Assembly (NCBI RefSeq): GCF_006345805.1
Contig: NC_043007.1
Span: forward strand, 32,984,001-33,048,000
DNA length: 64,000 nucleotides
From: Octopus sinensis
Lineage: Eukaryota
Direction of reading: 5' to 3'
In this document: piece by piece, positions 23,750 to 36,461 of the stretch
Numbering within the stretch: position 1 is the first letter of the stretch
Layout: every line of letters begins with the position of its first letter
Position numbers and translations under genes: made by a program
The notes under the pieces: generated by a model
Databases searched by the model: none
What the model was told of the DNA's origin: nothing
The model's input: the letters and a program-made list of their open reading frames with translations, nothing else

Positions 23750-24200
23750 TGCTGTCAACCAGCCAGGTCATGGCTTACAGTTGTCTGTTACGTCGTGAGA
23801 AACGAAGGAGAGGTAATGTGATAAACACCCGAATATAACCTAGAAGTGAAGCACAAGGGTAAGGTCAAAGGCGATGACAATGATATAGAAACTCTCCTTG
23901 TTCTCACCTTTGTAGTGCAGTATGAGTAGGTGGAAAAAAGCAGGAAATGAAAAACAGTGATATGTGATCAATGATGAAGTGCGAAGAAACGGATCTGAGG
24001 AATGGATAAGAGAAACGTTAGAACAGTATTATGAGAACGCATCCGCCTTTGTTACGTTTCTAATTGGAGAGTTTTTGAACAAAGCACTAGAGGAATCTTA
24101 TCCCCAGCGCCTTAGTTGTAGCTTCTGGGAATGCTTTCTTATCTCCACTGTTGTAACACACTCTAAAAGATCACGGACAGATGAGATAGACAAGATCGAA
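23750..24200 (-). mobile_element. Very degenerate Jockey/CR1-group RT fragment
   Basis: Minus-strand remnants ESFYIIVIAFDLT (cf. ESYIVALDISKAF) and SFLTT*QTTV (cf. SFLxxRxQxV). Confidence 0.35.
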
Positions 24201-24749
24201 AAAAAAAAAAACCATGCTTACAAGAAAGAGACATTGCCTTTGGAATCGCGTTCTACAAGCAAAATGTCGTTCTTAAACTGGGGAAAAATCTTTTTCGAGC
24301 GATATATCAATAACGGACAACTGTTTCGAATCAGCTGAGCCTGAGTAAATTATAAGTAAAATAATGAATGACTAAGTTTTAAAAAAGCTGTTTTCTTTAA
24401 CTGAAACCGCGTATGCAACGACTATAAAAGTTTGATTAAAGTGTAAGTAAAACATTCTATTTCATTCAAAAAATTGTGCTGATTTTCTGGCTGGACTACG
24501 ATTTTTTTATTATTTACTTTTACACTACGTCTCTGAGTTTTATCTGTTGACGTTACCAAGTGTCTTAAACTTGGCTTTGTATAAGATACTGGAGCATGCT
24601 CAAGCCAGGAGCCTTCATCTAAAATTGAGCATTCTGATGTCCTCTCATCCCTAATCCTTGTGATATTTCTTCCGGTTTTACTTTCTGCGTTCAAATCCTA
24701 TTGAGTTCGACTTAGTATTTCTTTTTAATTTTCGGGTGATAAAATATTT

Positions 24750-24940
24750 TCTACTCTAGGCACAAGGCCAGAAATTTTGGGAGAGGGGTCAGTCAATTAG
24801 ATCGACCCCAGTATGCAACTGGTGTTTAATTCATCGACCCCGAAAGGATGAGAGGCAAAGTCGACCTCGGCGGAATTTGAACTCAGAACGTAAAGACAGA
24901 CGAAATATCGCTAAACATGTTTGCCAGCTCGTCGCCTTGG
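24750..24940 (-). mobile_element. SINE A, tail type 2
   Basis: ttctactctaggcacaaggccagaaattttgg..cgaccccgaaaggatga..ccagctcgtcgcc. Confidence 0.87.
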
Positions 24941-25048
24941 GTGATAAAATAAATACTAGAGGAGCAATGGGATTGATGTAATACATTAGCTGTCGCCTAA
25001 CAAAATTTCAGGGTTTTATCTACAGCAGATGGATTACTGATAGTATAA

Positions 25049-25433
25049 GGAGGCGCAATAGCCCAGTGGTTAGGGCAGCGTACTCGCGGTCGTAGGATCG
25101 CGGTTTCGATTCCCAGACCGGGCGTTGTGAGTGTTTATTGAGCGAAAACATCTAAAGCTCCATGAGGCTCCGGCAAGGGATGGTGGTGATCCCTGCTGTA
25201 CTCTTTCACCACAACTTTCTCTCACTCTTACTTCCTGTTTCTGTTGTACCTGTATTTCAAAGGGCCGGCCTTGTCACTCTCTGTGTCACGCTGAATATCC
25301 CCGAGAACTACGTTAAGGGTACACGTGTCTGTGGAATGCTCAGCCACTTACACGTTAATTTCACGAGCAGGCTGTTCCGTTGATCGGTCAACCGGAACCC
25401 TCGTCGTCGTAACCGACGGAGTGCTTCCATCCA
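25049..25433 (+). mobile_element. SINE B, tail 1, full length with TSD
   Basis: Near-identical to 6394-6773. TSD tactgatagtat at 25035-25046 and 25434-25445. Confidence 0.92.
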
Positions 25434-25449
25434 TACTGATAGTATTAAG

Positions 25450-25720
25450 GTAACGAGCTGGCAGAGTTGTTAGCATGCTGACTGTTCAGAGCAGCGAAGA
25501 ACACATCCAGTCGCTGTTCTCGTTATAATTATTCGAAAGGATGAAAGGCAAAGTCGGTCTCGGCGGAATTTGAACTCAGAATGTAAGTTCAAATTCCGCC
25601 GAGGCCGACTTTGCCTTTCATCCTTTTGGGCCCGATAAATTAAGTACCAGTTGCATACTGGAGTCGATCTAATCGACTGCCCTCGCCCCAACAAAAAAAT
25701 ATTCCGGGTCTTGTGCCTCG
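25450..25720 (+). mobile_element. Rearranged SINE A (tail 2) with an internal 41-bp inverted duplication
   Basis: Hairpin arms at 25536-25576 and 25586-25626. Confidence 0.85.
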
Positions 25721-25730
25721 CGTAGAAAGG

Positions 25731-26170
<440 letters not shown>

Positions 26171-26601
26171 CTGACGATAATTTTCCCCGCGGTCAGCTTT
26201 GCCTTTCATTCTTTTGTTGTCGATAAAATAAATATCAGTTGAACGTTGTGGACTTACCGTTGGCCCTAAAATTGTGCCTATGTTATAAAAGGATTATGAC
26301 TATTGCCATCAGCGGCAGCAGCACTGTTATTGTTTTGTTTCTTTGTCATTTTAATTGGAGAAAATGGTTTTTAGCTGAAAGAAACGATATTTTTCAAGAT
26401 TTTCCTTGAGGAAAAGAATAATGAAAAGTGAGAAACAATGGAGAGCCATCTAATTACATTATCAAGTAATTATATTATATTCTTCTATGTTTATAGTGAA
26501 TAATTTGACATTAATTAACTTATAGCATATCAAATAATATTTATGTATTTTCAATGTCTAGACTAGGCTATTAGTAATACGATTAGTAGTAGCAGCAGCA
26601 A

Positions 26602-26662
<61 letters not shown>

Positions 26663-27042
26663 TGTAATAGAATCAGCAGTAATTCATCGAATTTTTCCGA
26701 TCACACACTTGTTCGCGAACACTACCACACACACACACAACCCCCCCCAACACACACACACACACACAAACACCCCCCCAAACACACACACATACACGGA
26801 CACACACATATATATGCACGACATGCATTTATGGCTACAGGACGTCACCAACAGTAAACCACATGAAATACGAAACCAAACGTGTTCAATACGCAAACAA
26901 CGAGAGAAACAAAAACAGGACAAGTATAAATAACAAACGACCCTTCATCAGTTATCGGCTGTCTATCTACTCCTGACTTCGAGCTTATATATATATATAT
27001 ATTGTATAATATATATATATATATATGTATATATATGTATAT

Positions 27043-27112
<70 letters not shown>

Positions 27113-27427
27113 GATATAAAGTATATATATATAGTAGAAATATGTTACGAAAAGAAAATATAAAATACACGTGGAAATGTAAGGGTAAAATATGAAAAAT
27201 CAACGAAAATGCATATTGCAAAGAGAAAAAGGCTATTTATGACAGATAGTGAAAAATATGTACATTTAGATTGACTGAGGTAGTAATACGATTCGTAAAT
27301 GTCATTATTATGAGATGATTATAAGATGATGATAAAGTAAGAGAACAAAACGAACCAGTAGTTTATGCGAAGGCTATTCATCGTTTCGTACAGACATATA
27401 TATATGTGTATATATATATATATATAT

Positions 27428-27521
<94 letters not shown>

Positions 27522-27578
27522 TATATATATATGTATATAGATTCAGATGAATATGGTACTTAAGTTAAAGCCACCTAA

Positions 27579-27867
27579 ATGTAGTATGGTATTATCCATA
27601 TAATTCAAAATGGGGTGATTATAATCAAAATAAGCAACAAGTGTTTCCAGAGGTAATGCAGTACGATCGTTTCATGCGACTCCAATTAATTGAACAATGC
27701 AAACATTACATCAATTTAAAATGTAGAGCAATCTTCAGCTGCATAAAAATATTGAATTTAGTTAAATTCGAAGGATTCATTTGTATAGTTTTCTTTTTAT
27801 CCCAAACCACGAAGCGGATAAGTAGAACATGTTTTATCAACATCACAGTTAAATTCTTTAGGAGGAA
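27579..27867. repeat. Unclassified 285-bp repeat, copy 2
   Basis: Matches 21839-22127. A diverged inverted relative lies at about 40085-40225. Confidence 0.85.
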
Positions 27868-28032
27868 GATTGTTTTGCTGAGATTTTGGACGAAGATTGT
27901 TTTGCTTTATCATTGCCCAAAATCATATTTGAAGCTTTACTAATGATTCCCGAGTCGGTCAAAAAGCACCAATTCAAGGCCATAATTTGGTAGAACTGTA
28001 AGAACGTCGTACAGGATAGCTTGTTATATTTT

Positions 28033-28103
28033 TCCCATGTGGTCTAGTGGTTAGGATTCTTGGCTTTCACCAGGTGTCCAGGGTTCGATTCCCGGCATGG
28101 GAA
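28033..28103 (+). tRNA. trnE: tRNA-Glu(TTC), probable pseudogene
   Basis: TCCCATGTGGTCTAGTGGTTAGGATT..CTTTCAC..GGTTCGATTCCCGGCATGGGAA. The acceptor stem TCCCATG/CATGGGA is perfect. Length is 71 nt with one base missing from the anticodon arm and an A-G mismatch in the T stem. Confidence 0.8.
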
Positions 28104-28289
28104 CGCATTCTTCATAATAAAGATTTTAGCTACCAACCCCAAAAATAAAGATTTTAGCTTGTAATATTTTCCCGGCTCTTTGCGACCTGAACTGAAATTC
28201 CGCGATGGCTTACATAAGTGATAGACTCAAACTAACATTCGGTTTAACACCAGTACCTTATACCTTAAAGGACTTTAGTTGAGTGCACC

Positions 28290-28680
28290 GTATTTCATTC
28301 TACAGGAAATTATCTATGAGAGGCGTCAGGCATGGGAGTTCCATGACAGACGATTCGCATCTGGTACGATATATGTGCGTGCTTTTAAGCGCCTTCATGA
28401 AAGGAACTCCCTGGGCTAATATCGCAGTATTCGGTGTTCTGCCAAGATATTTGTATATACATTTATTCGAGCACATTAAGAGAATTCGTTTTGTTGGGGT
28501 CGAAATAAATGATATTCTCATGAGGCTCACTCGTTTACAATCTTGCATGGGAAACATTTCAAAGAGTGATGAAGCATTAACTTGTTTGGAAATTGCAGAT
28601 GAGGTTTGGCGGCAGGAAGTAAATCAAGTGGTAAGGAATCCCTGAACGAATTCCGTCTGACCCACGCAAACATTACGAAC
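28290..28680 (-). mobile_element. Degenerate Jockey/CR1-group LINE C-terminal fragment
   Basis: Minus-strand remnants WVRRN, PHLQF, TEYCDISPGSS (cf. MEYCSHIWGGSS) and SHR (cf. SHRR). Confidence 0.45.
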
Positions 28681-28728
28681 ATGCTAATATTGACGTTCAA
28701 ACCAGAATACGCGTGTGTGTGTGTGTAT

Positions 28729-28759
<31 letters not shown>

Positions 28760-28852
28760 CGCGTGTATATCTGTGTTTGTGTGAGCTTGTATGAGACGCA
28801 TAAGGCAAAAATTACACATTTTTAAAAAATACGCAGAAATATTTTTATGTAA

Positions 28853-29200
28853 GTGCAGGCGTGGCTGTGTGGTAAGAAACTTGCTTCCCAATCACATGGG
28901 TCCAAGTTCCCACTGCGTGGCACCTTGTGCAAGTGTCTTCTGCTATAGCCTCGGGCCAACCAAAGCCTTGCGAGTGTATTCGGTAGACGGAAACTGAAAG
29001 AAGCCCGTCGTACACACACACACATATGTATCTATATGTATATATATATATATATAACAATTGAGGACTGAACACGAAAAGTGGACAGTCAACATGCTAG
29101 ATATAGTCCTCAATTGTATATATAAATATTTTAATCTTCGGATTCTTTTTAATATGCTAGACCACTGGTTTTAATTGATAAATATTGATTTCTACCCTTA

Positions 29201-29246
<46 letters not shown>

Positions 29247-29465
29247 TTTGTGTGTGTGTCTTTTTGTCTGTGTTTGTCCCTCCATCACCACTTGACAACC
29301 GGTATTGGTGTGCTTACGTCCCCATAACTTAGCAGTTCGGCAAAAGAAACCGATAGAATAAGTACTAGGCTTTAGAAAATAAGTCCTTACGTCGATTTGT
29401 TCGACTAAAAGAAATTTCCCTTCAAGAGAATGGCCGCAGTCAAATGACTGAAACAAGCAACAGAA
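28853..29465 (+). mobile_element. SINE C interrupted inside its internal microsatellite
   Basis: Head and core at 28853-29012, body and tail at 29245-29465. Confidence 0.85.
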
Positions 29466-30480
29466 TGAAAGAAAGTGATATAAAAAAAAACTTCAAAGTC
29501 TCATGTCTAGACAAATGTCTTCATTAGGCGTTTAATGGCAATTGATAATAAATCAAATTTTACCATTTAATCAAATGATTTGAAGTAAGCCAACAGGAAA
29601 GAACAGGAAAGGTGATTTTTAATGAATGACACGTGAAAAATAAGTAACAAGTATGAATATATCTTGAAAGAACTTAATTGGATCTTTATTAAAAAGACAC
29701 TGGAGAATAAACAGCTCTGCGTGCAATACTTGTAACTTGGTCATAGAATCTTTTGGGGTACTTTTTGGCACTGGTGGCAAACATACGCACGTACGCACAC
29801 ACACATGTATGCCTGTACAGAAATATATATTTATGGATAGAGTGAGAAGGAGGAGAAGGAGAAAAAGACAGTACAGTATATTGATTGACTGAACATGATT
29901 TACATAAACACACTCGATTTTCTCATTAACATGAAAAATACATACGCTTACCCACATAAGCCGAGACAGACTGACAGACAGTCGGAGAGACAGGCAGAGC
30001 TATTAGAGGGTGAGATAGGGAGGGAAAACGAGAGGACCAGTAAAACGAGAGAAACAAAAAGTCAGATGTGAAATAAGTTAGTGTCGAATCAGCGATGCCA
30101 AAAAGGCGGCGCCAGAACGGCAGCGGCAAAACGGCACTGCTACAGCATCTTATGCCATACTAATGCAGCATAAGACAGTCCTCTCACTAACCTGTACTGG
30201 AGCAATATATAATGTAATTATTTGATATTCCGGGTAGCATATATGTATTATATAAAAGAAGCCCAACGCCTGAAAAATAACCTTAAGTAGAGAATATAGT
30301 GAAAAATATACATTATTGAGAGACCTGGAAAAATTCGGTACACATTCAAACACACATTTATACATTTATGCATATAACCAGACATAGTGATACACGTTAA
30401 TACTTACAAATACAAACACATATATATGTCAAGCCATTTCATATCAGAAATAATATACATATGTTTAAAAAATGAAAAAA

Positions 30481-30747
30481 AACAACAACAATCGAAAGTT
30501 CTTCCTGAGTCATAGGCTCAGAAGGCGAGTTTCCCGGATTCGGTAGCATATATGTACCCCCACTGAGCGTGAGCAGGACGCCGGTCAGTCTCAGAATTAA
30601 TTTCTCACTTTTGTCAGTTGAGTAGACGGGGATTACGTGAGTTAAGGTATTTTTCTCAAGAAAACAACATATCACCCGATCCGTGAATCGAAACTAGAAT
30701 CTTACAATCATGAGTGCAGCACCTTAACCACTAACCCAAGTGCTTCC
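30481..30747 (-). mobile_element. tRNA-derived SINE with CORE-like centre and tail 3
   Basis: Head tggaagcacttgggttagtggttaaggtgctgcactc..gtttcgattc. Tail gactgaccggcgtcctg..ccgggaaactcgccttctgagcc is related to 53410-53530. Confidence 0.65.
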
Positions 30748-30801
30748 AAAATATACATATATTTCTCATTCACATTAATATATATATATACATATATACA
30801 T

Positions 30802-30836
<35 letters not shown>

Positions 30837-30940
30837 CATGTGTGTGTATATTTGTGTCTATCTGCCTATCTATCTCTCTATATCTATATCTGTCTATCTA
30901 TCTTTCTATCTATCTATCTATATATCTATATCTATGTATA

Positions 30941-31013
<73 letters not shown>

Positions 31014-31488
31014 TATATATGCATATCTAAACAAACGCAGACACAGACACACACATACATACACACAAACGCACATACACACACACCATACATACATACA
31101 TATATGTATATATTCATACTTACATACACGCATAGACGCGTGCAAACATACATACAGACAGAAAGACAGATGGACGGACATAGAAACAGACACATACACA
31201 GCTCAAACACACAAATGCACATACACATATATTCATTCAATCAATGGGTGTTGAAATTTCACAAATACGACGAATCTGATGGAAATGTAAAAAGGGAAAG
31301 AAAAAACAGAAAGATAATCGAGAAAAATAATCAACGAATGTAATGTAATCGAAAATAAGTGATAAGTAGACAGTAAATATATTTTTTAATAATTTAGATA
31401 TATATATATATATAGTATGACATATATATATATATATATAACAACAATTTGAAAATATCAGATGTAAACAATCGGAAATTGATAACAA

Positions 31489-31489
<1 letters not shown>

Positions 31490-31523
<34 letters not shown>

Positions 31524-31860
31524 TAGTAGTAGTAGTGTGATGGTAAGGGTAGTGGTAGTAGTAGTAGCAGCAGCTGTAGTAGTAGTAGCTGTAGTTGTAG
31601 TAGTAAGGGTGGTGGTGGTGGTGGTAGTAGTAGTAGCAGCAGCTGTAGTAGTAGTAGCAGCTGTAGTAGTAGTAGTAGTAGTAGTAGTAGCTGTAGTAGT
31701 AGTAGTAATAGTAGTAGTAGTAGTAGTAGAAGTAGTAGTAGTAGTAGAAGTAGTAGTAAGGGTGGTGGTGGTGGTAGTGGTAGTAGTAGTAGCAGCTGTA
31801 GTAGTAGTAGTAGTAGCTGTAGTAGTAGTAGTAGTAGTAGTAGTAATAGTAGTAGTAGTG

Positions 31861-31910
<50 letters not shown>

Positions 31911-31915
31911 GGTGT
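31490..31915. repeat. (TAG)n microsatellite with GGT/CAG variants
   Basis: Source of the poly-V and poly-L ORFs. Confidence 0.95.
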
Positions 31916-32079
31916 TACTGTTGCCGGTACTGGTAGTTCAAATTTTGGCACAGAGCTAGCAGAGGAACTGCAGCGCAGGCCCGGTCGTTATTAAGCTAAT
32001 GTTGCTGAACCTCAACACCAACGGAGATTACAAAAAAATAAAGAAAACTGCGAATGCCGAGGGTTGGGCAAGATGTTTG

Positions 32080-32400
32080 GACTAGGATATTCCACCAATT
32101 GGTATGAGCACCAACTTTTAACAGTAGCAGAGAATGATCAGGAAAAATTCACATGGGATCTGCCAATATACACAGACAAAAAGCTCCAACATAACAGCCC
32201 CATTGCTGTAAGAATCTAAAGAATGGACTTCTATCAAGGTAGATATACATGCAGACCAGAATATTGTGAAGCCATGGGCCTAAAAAGTCGCGAAGTACCA
32301 AGACCTAAGATTGGAAGGGAAAAGAATTTATGAAGCCACAAAAGTGAGTATGGTACCTATTGTGATCGGTGCACTTGGAACTATCTGAAAGAGATAAATT
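32080..32400 (+). mobile_element. Degenerate R4/Dong-like RLE fragment
   Basis: WYEHQ..AENDQEKFTWDLPIYTDKKLQHNSP..KYQDLRLE..KVSMVPIVIGALGTI. Confidence 0.7.
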
Positions 32401-32428
32401 CCGAACGTCATCGGACGTATTGCTGCCA

Positions 32429-32942
32429 ACTCTGATGCAGTACCGCGCAGTGGCTCTCAAGGCTTCTGATCTTAACTGATTGGAAATGTTATCTTGTACA
32501 AATTCTGTCTTGATATAAAAGATGAGCTACAGCGAATATTCTGCCCAATACCATAGTTTTGCTTGTCAGTTGTTTAACTTTAACCAGTTGAGCATGTGTC
32601 TTAGTGACTGACCATATGTGCATATCTGATCGCGAGCAGATATGGGAGGGCACCATAGCCATGTGTTGAGAGGAATTCTTTGGAAACCTGAAAGCATGCG
32701 TGTTTCGTTCACCATCCATAAACAAACCACATTCGGAGACCTTTTAGGTAAGTCGGGCTACTTGAACTACAGAGAAATCTAACTTGGCTCCACCAGCAAG
32801 CTCTGTTTGTTTTGATATGAGATCACCGAGTTGTGCACATATGGTTGTGATTCATGCGCCTGGTGTACACTTATCAGACGGGTAATCATGATGGGTATAT
32901 TGGGCTGTGTATATATGTACTCCAGTGTCACATTGATAGCAT
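32429..32942 (+). mobile_element. Unclassified about 520-bp non-coding interspersed repeat ending in (TAA)n
   Basis: Collinear with the reverse complement of 61243-61778, from actctgatgcagtacc to ccagtgtcac-ttgat-gc. Confidence 0.75.
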
Positions 32943-32966
32943 AATAATAATAGTAATAATAATAAT

Positions 32967-33024
<58 letters not shown>

Positions 33025-33041
33025 TGATGATGATGATGATG

Positions 33042-33091
<50 letters not shown>

Positions 33092-33257
33092 TATGGTTAT
33101 TTTTTTTAGACATTCACTAGTACAACTCTAAATACAAAATCAAATATATGGCACACTAGGCATAACAACATCACGAACTTCCAACCTGTTGTCTCTTGAG
33201 GTCTCTGGGTGAGACTTGGAGCCAACTTGTACAAATATAAAACAAAATTCAAACATA

Positions 33258-33290
<33 letters not shown>

Positions 33291-33346
33291 TAATAATATA
33301 TAATAATGATAATAATAATAATAATGATAATAATAATAATAATAAA

Positions 33347-33382
<36 letters not shown>

Positions 33383-33563
33383 GCACATACCCAAGGTGCA
33401 CAGAGCTGCGCTCGGTAGTGAAGTGAAAGCACGATAAAAAAATAAAATTACTGAATAAAATAATAATAATATAATAAAAATAATAATAATAAGAAGAAGA
33501 AGAAAGAAAGAACGAGAAAAAGAAGAAGAAGAAGAAGAAGAAGAAGAAGAAGAAGAAGAAGAA

Positions 33564-33595
<32 letters not shown>

Positions 33596-33600
33596 ATGGT
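32943..33600 (+). repeat. (TAA)n array containing two short retroelement 3' stubs, followed by (AAG)n
   Basis: Stubs at about 33113-33258 and 33382-33455. The second matches the 3' end of the LINE at 58785-58860. Confidence 0.8.
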
Positions 33601-33866
33601 TATTATAATTCTTATAAAGTGAACAGATTGGCAGACATGTTAGCACTATGAACATAATAGCATGTGACATTTGTTATGGGTCTTTACATTAATTTCACAC
33701 CTTGCCGAAGTCACTTTGCATTTTATTATCCCGTGTTGGATAAAAATAAAGTCCCGAAACCTGTGAATTTCGAACTTGAACATCGGACATTAAAACTTGA
33801 ATAAATAGTTTGATATCCTAGCTTAATGTTGTAGTCGTGTGAATTATACTATGGCACATACATACA

Positions 33867-33900
<34 letters not shown>

Positions 33901-34440
33901 CATATGCATATATATGGTTCTGTGTATACGCTCACGCAAAAATATAAATTCGAGAAGTTATATAATCTAAAATAAAAATTTGATTACATGTTTAAAATAA
34001 ATAAAACGCAGTAAAAAGAATTAAATTGCGATTAAGGATATCGTTAGGATAATTGAATATTATGTGAAGAAGCGATATTTAATATGTTTTTGCTTTTCTG
34101 TTGAAAAATATCAAATTAGATTAATATATTACACGTAGTAAGGTAACTAAAGTTACATTCGATAGCGAATTTAATTTGTTAAATTCCTTTATAAATCATA
34201 TAGGTTCGAAACCGTCATATTGAATTAATATGAAATTGTCTGATGCTGTAGTAACACATTATCTTCATGTTTGAGATCTAGATTTGTTTCACAAGCTCTT
34301 GAATATAAAAGATGATTCACTATGATACACGTTTATTTCTGAGAATTGTGGATAGATTAGGAAACGTTCGAAAGTTTCGATTGACGTCAACTTGAGTGGA
34401 AGTTATTCACCGAAATGATTGAGTTTCAGAATTTCAAGGC

Positions 34441-34517
<77 letters not shown>

Positions 34518-34556
34518 CGTATATATATATATACGTATATATATGTATATATATAT

Positions 34557-34598
<42 letters not shown>

Positions 34599-34904
34599 GG
34601 ACGCACAATGACCCAGTGGTTAGGGTAGCGGACTCGCGGTCGTAGGATCGCGGTTTCGATTCCCAGACCGGGCGTTGAGAGTTTATTCAGCGGAAAAAAC
34701 TTAAAGCTCTACGATCCCTGCTGTACACGATCCCTGTGGTGGCGATCCCTGCTGTACTCTTTCGCTGCAACTTTCTCTCACACTTTCTTCTGCTCGCTTA
34801 GCCAGCGAGGTAGCGTCATTTGAAGGCTAAAACAATGCGAAGCGCATTGTGACCGGCGATGTGTAGCTACATCTGATAGCCTGGTCGGTCACCTGATCAC
34901 GTGA
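34599..34904 (+). mobile_element. SINE B with tail 2
   Basis: Family B head and core joined to the ctgctcgcttagccagcg tail also seen at 7944. Confidence 0.85.
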
Positions 34905-35479
34905 TATATATATATATATTAATAAATAAAACATGCATATATATATACATATATGTACGTACCTACCTCTACATGTATATATACACGCATATATGAGTAC
35001 AGGACACCAAAAAAACGTCGAACACAATGAGAAACGAAAACAGACACAAACCCAAGGAACTTGACATTTTTTAAACAACAAAGAAAAAAACCCTTCTTCA
35101 GTCGCCATGGTTTCATCTACTCTACGTTTCGAAGGTGAAGGCGAGACGTATCTTCGATGAGAAACTTTCCTTCCTGCGAAAAGAAAATCAATTAAAATTT
35201 GAGATTTTTTCGTAGAGGGGTAAAAATGGTAATAAAACCAGGGCAGTAACGACAGTACAACATATAAGCAGTAACGGACAGACAAACAGAAAGACAGATA
35301 GATGGAAACATGCGCGCACACACACACACACACGCACATATTCTTTGGGTTTCTGAATGTGTAGAAAATCGGTGAATGACCAGTGCCTATTGTTTCAGTA
35401 TTACTCCGATTTTAACGCCGTAGCACACAAATGTTCCACAGGAAAACTTACATAATGTTTACAGTTTTAAACGCAGCGA

Positions 35480-35670
35480 GCTGGCAGAAACGTTAAGAAC
35501 GCTGGACGAAATGCTTACCGGTATTAAGTTCTAATTTCAAATTACGCCGAGGTCGACCTTGCCTTTGATCCTTTCTGGGGGGGGGGCATAAATTATGTAT
35601 CAGTTACATACGGGGTCGATCTAATCAACTGGCCCCTTCCACCAAGATTTCGGGCCTTGTGCCTGATAGA
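35480..35670 (+). mobile_element. SINE A, tail 2
   Basis: gcgagctggcagaaacgttaag..cgccgaggtcgacc..tttcgggccttgtgcct. Confidence 0.82.
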
Positions 35671-36130
35671 AATAAAATTTAGTTTTAAAACATTCTTGTA
35701 GAGAGTGAAATGACAATAATGTATTAGAATGAATTAAAGCGTGATCTAGCAAAATATTTATTTAAAATAACAATCAGCAGAAACACATTTTACACCAGTG
35801 ATGATAGCAAAGTAATTAGCAATTTGCTAATTATTTCATCTCACCAATGAACTACGAGTGTAACGATGTGTGGAAACAATTGTAGTGTCATGAATAAAAT
35901 AAAGAATCTCTTTCAATCCATTTCATCATATTCATCTCTCTTTTGCCTCACTCTCTCTTTCTCTCTCTCCCTCTCTGTCTCTGTCTCTCTCTCTCTGTCT
36001 CTGTCTCTCTCTCTCTGTCTCTCTGTCTCTCTCTGTCTCTCTCTGTCTCTCTCTTTCTCTGTCGAAGTCTCTCGCTCAATATATATATATATATATGCGT
36101 GTGTGTGTGTGTGTGTGTATCTATCTATAG

Positions 36131-36168
<38 letters not shown>

Positions 36169-36408
36169 TGAAAGTGAGTCTGTTTATGTGTGCATATATA
36201 TGAATATATCTAAGCATGTATGTATAAAAACACATATATGCATACACTCTATACGTATACACATACATACACATACATATATATATACATACGTAAGTGT
36301 ATTTCTATCTTTCTCTTCCTCCACCTTTGTGTATAATATATACATACATTCATACACACACACACACGCACGCCACATATATATATCTATTATATATCTA
36401 TTTATATA

Positions 36409-36461
<53 letters not shown>

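Noticed and set aside
23964-24338. 124-aa plus-strand ORF
   Set aside because: No recognisable domain; it is probably antisense to a decayed RT remnant.
28283-28645. 120-aa plus-strand ORF with an SGNH-like segment (ANIAVFGVLPR), and two exon-like segments with good splice sites (EIIYERRQAWEFHDRRFAS / DEVWRQEVNQV)
   Set aside because: The opposite strand shows ordered remnants of a Jockey/CR1 RT C-terminus, which explains the open frames. The peptide has no recognisable homology.
29689-30365. Possible minus-strand exons (AKKYPKRFYDQ.. and ALGFFYIIHICYPEYQ..)
   Set aside because: Short frames with no homology that I recognise; expected by chance in AT-rich DNA.
32943-33500. Repeat-spacer-repeat pattern reminiscent of CRISPR
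   Set aside because: The repeats are variable-length TAA microsatellites, one spacer is a LINE 3' end, the context is eukaryotic and no cas genes are present.
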